Part shown: positions 59,363 through 64,000 of the stretch, piece after piece | How positions within the stretch are numbered: position 1 is the first letter of the stretch | How the letters are laid out: each line of letters starts with the position of its first letter | Assembly (NCBI GenBank): GCA_963634825.1 | Contig: CAVHCP010000001.1 | Location: forward strand, 24,661-88,660 | Length of the DNA: 64,000 bases | DNA from: an uncultured Porphyromonadaceae bacterium | GTDB lineage: Bacteria > Bacillota > Clostridia > Peptostreptococcales > Anaerovoracaceae | Direction of reading: 5' to 3' | Position numbers and translations under genes: made by a program | Notes under the pieces: generated by a model | What the model was told of the DNA's origin: nothing | The model's input: only the letters and a program-made list of their open reading frames with translations | The model's database searches: none

Positions 59363-60181
59363 TTATTTATTCCCCCTGATTTCTGCTAATGCCACCTTGA
59401 GCTGTTCTTCATTTGGTGCTTTGCCGTGCCAGCCCGCTTCATCCTTCATAAATGATACTCCCATACCCTTGTGAGTTTTTGCAATAATGCAAGACGGCTT
59501 TGTCTTTTCGGCTCTCGCATGCTCAAATCCTCTCTTGATGTCATCCATATCATGTCCGTCTATAAGCACTACATCCCAGCCAAACGCTTTTAGCTTTTCG
59601 TCAATAGGCTTTACCGTCATAACATCATCATTTTTGCCGTCTATCTGAAGTCCGTTCCAGTCGATTATTGCTGTCAGATTTGCGAGCTTGTAGTGTGATG
59701 CCGCCATAAATGCCTCCCAAACTATGCCCTCCTGTATCTCTCCGTCTCCAAGTAGCGCGTAAACTCTGCGATCTTTGGCATCGAGCTTATCTGCAATCGC
59801 CATACCGACTGCCGATGAGATGCCTTGTCCAAGCGAGCCTGTCGACATTTCAACGCCCGGTACCTTGTCTCTTGAAGGATGACCCTGAAACTTGCTGCCG
59901 AGTTTCCTGAGCGTCAGCACATCTTCCTTCGGGAAGTATCCTCTTTCTGCTAATGTTGCATATAAAACAGGTGCGGCGTGTCCCTTTGAAAGAACAAATC
60001 TGTCTCTTCCTTCCATTTTTGGATTTTGGGGATCTATATTCATTTCCTCAAAATAAAGAACTGTCATTATGTCAGCCGCCGAAAGCGAACCTCCGGGATG
60101 TCCGGAACCGGCCTCATATATGGCCTTTATCAAGGTCTCCCTTATGTTTTTTGCAATTTCCTTTAAGTCATTAGTTTTCAT
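59363..60181 (-). CDS. transketolase, N-terminal (thiamine-diphosphate-binding) subunit
   Basis: GSGHPGGSLSAADIM, LSKGHAAP, GDGEIQEG. Confidence 0.9.
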   Translation of the reverse strand: MKTNDLKEIAKNIRETLIKAIYEAGSGHPGGSLSAADIMTVLYFEEMNIDPQNPKMEGRDRFVLSKGHAAPVLYATLAERGYFPKEDVLTLRKLGSKFQGHPSRDKVPGVEMSTGSLGQGISSAVGMAIADKLDAKDRRVYALLGDGEIQEGIVWEAFMAASHYKLANLTAIIDWNGLQIDGKNDDVMTVKPIDEKLKAFGWDVVLIDGHDMDDIKRGFEHARAEKTKPSCIIAKTHKGMGVSFMKDEAGWHGKAPNEEQLKVALAEIRGNK

Positions 60182-60995
60182 CTGTTTCTCCTACCTGTTT
60201 AAATGCTCTCGGAATGTTTGCCAATATATCCATGGCTGTCATTCCTATTTCTCCTATTTCGGTTGCGGCAATATCGCCTGCTAACCCATGTATGTATACG
60301 CCAAGCTTTGCCGCATCATATCCGTCATATCCCTGTGCCAAAAGGGAGGCTATAACACCTGTCAAAACGTCACCTGCGCCACCTGTTGCCATGCCCGGAT
60401 TTCCCGTATCGTTTACATAAACTTTATTCTCGTCAAGCACAAGCGTGTTGTGACCTTTCATTACAACAACAGTTCCAAACGCCTCCTGTATCTCTATGCC
60501 TGCCTTTTCTCTTTCTTCTTCTTTTATTTTTTCGACCTCAAGCAGCCTAGCCGCTTCGCCCGCATGCGGTGTCAAAACGACTTGCGCCCTTGCCTGCTTT
60601 AGGTTGCCATAAAGCGAGTATTTCATAACACAGTTGAGCCCGTCTGCGTCAAGCACAAGCTTGCCCTCGTACTCATTTAAAACTTTTTTTAGCATCGGGA
60701 TATTTTCTTTATTTTGTCCTATCCCGGAGCCGAGTGCTATCGCTTCATAATCATTTAGCATCTCAAGCGCGGGGCCTCTTTCTATGCAAGTTGCCTCAGG
60801 CACATTTATCTGCAATATATTAAATATTTCCGGCGGTACCGCAAATCTGACAAGACCTGCTCCTGATTTTATAACCGCCTTGCCACACATCGAAGCGGCG
60901 CCTGCCATTCCGACCGAACCGGCTATTACCAAAACCTTGCCGTATGTACCTTTGTGAGTCTGCTTTTCTCTCTTTTTTAAAACAAATTTATTCAT
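60171..60995 (-). CDS. nnrD: ADP-dependent NAD(P)H-hydrate dehydratase
   Basis: HKGTYGKVLVIAGSVGMAGAA, TPHAGE, TGGAGDVLTG (YjeF C-terminal family). Confidence 0.85.
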   Translation of the reverse strand: MNKFVLKKREKQTHKGTYGKVLVIAGSVGMAGAASMCGKAVIKSGAGLVRFAVPPEIFNILQINVPEATCIERGPALEMLNDYEAIALGSGIGQNKENIPMLKKVLNEYEGKLVLDADGLNCVMKYSLYGNLKQARAQVVLTPHAGEAARLLEVEKIKEEEREKAGIEIQEAFGTVVVMKGHNTLVLDENKVYVNDTGNPGMATGGAGDVLTGVIASLLAQGYDGYDAAKLGVYIHGLAGDIAATEIGEIGMTAMDILANIPRAFKQVGETDEN

Positions 60996-62384
60996 CTACA
61001 TAATCCCCAAAAACTTTCCTGCAAGGAATAGATATGCGCCTATCGAAACCATATCTGTAAGAGATGAAATCATAGGACTTGCCATGAGCGCAGGGTCGAT
61101 GCCTATCCTTTTTGCAGCCATAGGCAACATACTACCTATGCACTTTGCCGCAACTACTATCACTATCATAGCAATCGACACTGTTATGGCAATCTGAAGC
61201 TGCAACGGATTGCCTCTCTGCTCAAACATAACTCTTGCAAAATTTAAAATACTTAAGCTAAGTCCGACTACAAAACTTATTCTAAATTCTTTCCACAAAA
61301 CCCTCATCGAATCTTTTAGCTGTATATCGCCGACCGAAAGTCCGCGTATGATAAGAGTAGATGACTGCGAACCGGAGTTGCCGCCTGTACCCATAAGCAT
61401 CGGCATATATATTACAAGCGTAGGTATCTGGGAAAGAGTTTCCTCTGAGCTTGCTATAATGCTTCCTGTAAAAATATATGACAGCATCAAAAAGAATAGC
61501 CATGGGAACCTGTTTTTTACCTGCTGCCACACGCTCATATCGAGATATTCTGTGTCAGAGTCGTCAAGTACGCCGGCCATTCTTTCTATATCCTCTGTTG
61601 CTTCCTCTTCGATGACTTCAAATATATCGTCGACTGTTATGATACCGACAAGTCTTTCTTCGTTATCCACAACCGGAATAGCCAAAAAGCCGTATTTTTT
61701 GAATTTTTCGGATACGTCCTCTTGGTCCTCATATACATTGATAGAAACTATATCCGTATGCATGATTTCTGAAATCAAAACATCATCGTCCGTAATAACG
61801 AGTGTTTTTAATGAAACTATTCCTTCAAGAATCCTGCCCTGCGATTTGACATAACATGTGTATACAGTTTCGGAATCCATACCAACCTTTTTTATATGCT
61901 CCATCGCCCTTTTGACAGTCCAGCTTTGCTCAAGGCTGATATAGTCAGGCGTCATCAATGTGCCCGCCGAATCCTCAGGGTAATTTAAAAATGTATTTAT
62001 AAGGCTTCTCTCGTTTTTAGGAGTTCTCTCTAAAATTTTATCCACAAGATTTGCCGGCAACTCCTCTAAAACGTCAATCTTATCGTCAAAGTCAAGCTCA
62101 TCTATAATATATCTGATTTCTGTATCTGTAATGGCATTTATTATAAGCACTTGGTCGTCGGAAGGCAGATAAGAAAAAACTTCAACCGAAGTGTCCTTTG
62201 GTAACAATCTAAAAATTATAACCGTTTCATTGATACCGACTTCCTCTAAACTCTCCTCGAGGATTTCTGCTATATCCGCACTATTAAAATTAAGGAGCTT
62301 CTCTCTTATGGTTTTAAAATGCTTTTCTTTGGCAAGTTCGACTATTTCTTCTGTCGCTTTATCAAACATTTCTTTTTCTTCCAT
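60996..62384 (-). CDS. mgtE: magnesium transporter MgtE
   Basis: MgtE N-domain, tandem CBS domains, and a TM domain with GTGGNSGSQSSTL. Confidence 0.92.
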   Translation of the reverse strand: MEEKEMFDKATEEIVELAKEKHFKTIREKLLNFNSADIAEILEESLEEVGINETVIIFRLLPKDTSVEVFSYLPSDDQVLIINAITDTEIRYIIDELDFDDKIDVLEELPANLVDKILERTPKNERSLINTFLNYPEDSAGTLMTPDYISLEQSWTVKRAMEHIKKVGMDSETVYTCYVKSQGRILEGIVSLKTLVITDDDVLISEIMHTDIVSINVYEDQEDVSEKFKKYGFLAIPVVDNEERLVGIITVDDIFEVIEEEATEDIERMAGVLDDSDTEYLDMSVWQQVKNRFPWLFFLMLSYIFTGSIIASSEETLSQIPTLVIYMPMLMGTGGNSGSQSSTLIIRGLSVGDIQLKDSMRVLWKEFRISFVVGLSLSILNFARVMFEQRGNPLQLQIAITVSIAMIVIVVAAKCIGSMLPMAAKRIGIDPALMASPMISSLTDMVSIGAYLFLAGKFLGIM

Positions 62385-62430
62385 GAGAACCTCCTTTCCT
62401 GCTTTAAAATGTCAAAAAACATACAATAAA

Positions 62431-62459
62431 ATTATACGATTTTTCGACACTTTTTTCAA
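62431..62459 (-). promoter_or_regulatory. putative mgtE promoter
   Basis: Minus strand reads TTGAAA-17 nt-TATAAT. It leaves only about a 40-nt leader. Confidence 0.55.
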
Positions 62460-62515
62460 GGTGTAATTAGGCAAAAATTGGTTATTTGCAATAAAATTTA
62501 GGGAGTAATAGTTCC

Positions 62516-62544
62516 TTGACGATTTTGCTCGTAAATGGTATCAT
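62516..62544 (+). promoter_or_regulatory. putative gdhA promoter
   Basis: TTGACG-17 nt-TATCAT with a TG extension (TGGTATCAT), 55 nt upstream of the ATG. Confidence 0.5.
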
Positions 62545-62598
62545 AATACCGTTAAATATATCTAATTTTAAATTCTATAAACAAAGGAGACGACGGAT

Positions 62599-63945
62599 AT
62601 GTCAAATAAGTACATTGAAAGAGTTATCGAAGATTGTAAAAAGAACAATCCGGGTGAAATCGAATTTCATCAGACAGTAGAAGAAGTTCTTCATTCACTT
62701 GCACCAGTTATCGAAAAGCATCCTGAATACGAAGAAAATGCTATTCTCGAAAGACTCGTAGAACCTGAAAGAGGCGTTACTTTCAAAGTAACTTGGGTTG
62801 ACGACAATGGCAAGATCCAGGTAAACAAGGGATACAGATATCAGTTCAACAGTGCTATCGGACCTTACAAAGGCGGTTTGAGATTTGCACCAAACGTATA
62901 TCCTGGTATCATCAAGTTCTTGGGATTTGAGCAGATCTTCAAAAACAGCTTGACTGGTCTTCCAATCGGTGGCGGTAAAGGTGGTGCTGACTTCGATCCA
63001 AACGGCAAGTCAGATGCTGAAGTTATGAGATTCTGCCAGGCTTTCATGACAGAGCTTTACAGACACATCGGACCTTCAACAGACGTTCCTGCTGGTGACC
63101 TTGGTGTTGGCGGCAGAGAAATCGGATATCTATTCGGTCAGTACAAGAAGATCGTAAACAGATACGAAGGCGTTCTTACTGGTAAAGGCCTATCATGGGG
63201 CGGTCTAAACGGAAGAACAGAAGCTACAGGTTATGGTATCGTTTACTATGCAAACGAAATGCTTGAAGCATGTGGCGAAAAGCTTGCAGGTAAAACTGTT
63301 GCTGTTTCTGGTTTTGGTAACGTATCTTGGGGTACTGTTGCTAAGCTAAATGAACTTGGAGCTAAGGTTATCACTATCTCAGGTCCTGATGGATACATCC
63401 TTGACGAAGATGGTGTTTCTGGCGACAAAGTTGATTACATGCTTGAGCTCAGAGCTTCAGGAAAGAATATTTGCTCACCTTATGCTGAGAAATATCCTAA
63501 TGCAAAATTCGTTGCTGGCAAGAAGCCTTGGGAAGTTAAAGCAGATCTTTATATCCCTTGCGCTACTCAGAATGAAATCCAGCTCGAAGATGCTAAGACA
63601 ATCGTAGCTAGCGGATGTAAGTTCGTTTGCGAAGGCTCAAACATGTCTTCAACTAACGAAGCAATCGCTTACCTACAGGAAAACAAGGTTGTTGTTGGTC
63701 CTTCAAAGGCTGCTAATGCCGGTGGTGTTGCTTGCTCATGTATCGAAATGGGACAGAATGCAGGAAAGACTGTATTTACTCCAGCTCAGGTACATGCTCA
63801 GCTAAAAGACATCATGGTAAACATTCACAAAGAATGTAAAGAAGCTGCTGAAGAATATGGCTTTGGTTACAACCTAGTTGCAGGTGCTAACATCGCTGGA
63901 TTCCTAAAGGTTGCAGATGCTATGTTGGCTCAGGGTATTTGCTAA
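62599..63945 (+). CDS. gdhA: NADP-specific glutamate dehydrogenase
   Basis: Full-length hexameric GDH pattern: GPYKGGLRF, LPIGGGKGGADFDP, SGFGNVSWG. Strong high-expression codon bias by eye. Confidence 0.95.
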   Translation: MSNKYIERVIEDCKKNNPGEIEFHQTVEEVLHSLAPVIEKHPEYEENAILERLVEPERGVTFKVTWVDDNGKIQVNKGYRYQFNSAIGPYKGGLRFAPNVYPGIIKFLGFEQIFKNSLTGLPIGGGKGGADFDPNGKSDAEVMRFCQAFMTELYRHIGPSTDVPAGDLGVGGREIGYLFGQYKKIVNRYEGVLTGKGLSWGGLNGRTEATGYGIVYYANEMLEACGEKLAGKTVAVSGFGNVSWGTVAKLNELGAKVITISGPDGYILDEDGVSGDKVDYMLELRASGKNICSPYAEKYPNAKFVAGKKPWEVKADLYIPCATQNEIQLEDAKTIVASGCKFVCEGSNMSSTNEAIAYLQENKVVVGPSKAANAGGVACSCIEMGQNAGKTVFTPAQVHAQLKDIMVNIHKECKEAAEEYGFGYNLVAGANIAGFLKVADAMLAQGIC

Positions 63946-64000
63946 TCGATAACTACGATAACAATACTTAGAGAAATTAGATAATATTAAAAAACCGATC

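Noticed and set aside
61210-61854. 214-aa plus-strand ORF
   Set aside because: It is antisense to mgtE (CBS and TM domains clearly encoded on the minus strand), so it is a shadow ORF.
62385-62598. M-box (Mg2+) riboswitch upstream of mgtE
   Set aside because: The predicted promoter leaves only about a 40-nt leader, and I see none of the conserved M-box helices. The remaining intergenic DNA belongs to the divergent gdhA promoter.

Overview
This is a 64-kb chromosomal segment from a low-GC, strictly anaerobic, amino-acid-fermenting Firmicutes/Clostridia-type genome. That assignment is inferred from gene content: class III RNR, a 2-hydroxyacyl-CoA dehydratase cluster, HrcA/CIRCE, Cheo-type LexA boxes, split transketolase and NADP-GDH. 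The species cannot be determined without a search. I call about 55 protein genes. About 50 are on the minus strand, often with 0-14 nt overlaps, so minus is probably the leading strand. I saw no rRNA, tRNA, CRISPR array, transposase or integrase. Most of the content is housekeeping: DNA repair and segregation (recA, cinA, ftsK, recG, ruvCAB, recN, recJ), translation and RNA modification (rpmF, rpmB, rimO, rsmD, rlmD-like, tgt, queA, tmcAL), envelope (pgsA, uppP, LCP, ftsEX-M23, a large autolysin), nrdDG, ackA, asd and gdhA. The accessory or unusual parts are listed below. (1) A C5-methyltransferase plus unassigned nuclease pair sits directly behind the LexA-boxed recA. (2) A compact nine-gene reductive Stickland cassette of the Had/Fld type runs from transporter to enoyl-CoA reduction, with an extra acyl-CoA ligase and no etfAB. 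(3) Two GC-rich structured palindromic intergenic elements are present, 110 nt and 212 nt long. (4) Two apparent gene lesions are visible: hrcA is frameshifted after codon 11, and nrdD ends one codon before the expected glycyl-radical Gly. (5) A lipid-anchored PepD-like protein appears to have lost its metal ligands and is coupled to an aquaporin with a charged tail. I did not find a clearly novel multi-gene system that I can defend from sequence alone, so the findings are ranked candidates. Start codons were refined by eye where the ORF track over-extends an N-terminus. Promoter and terminator calls are pattern matches only.
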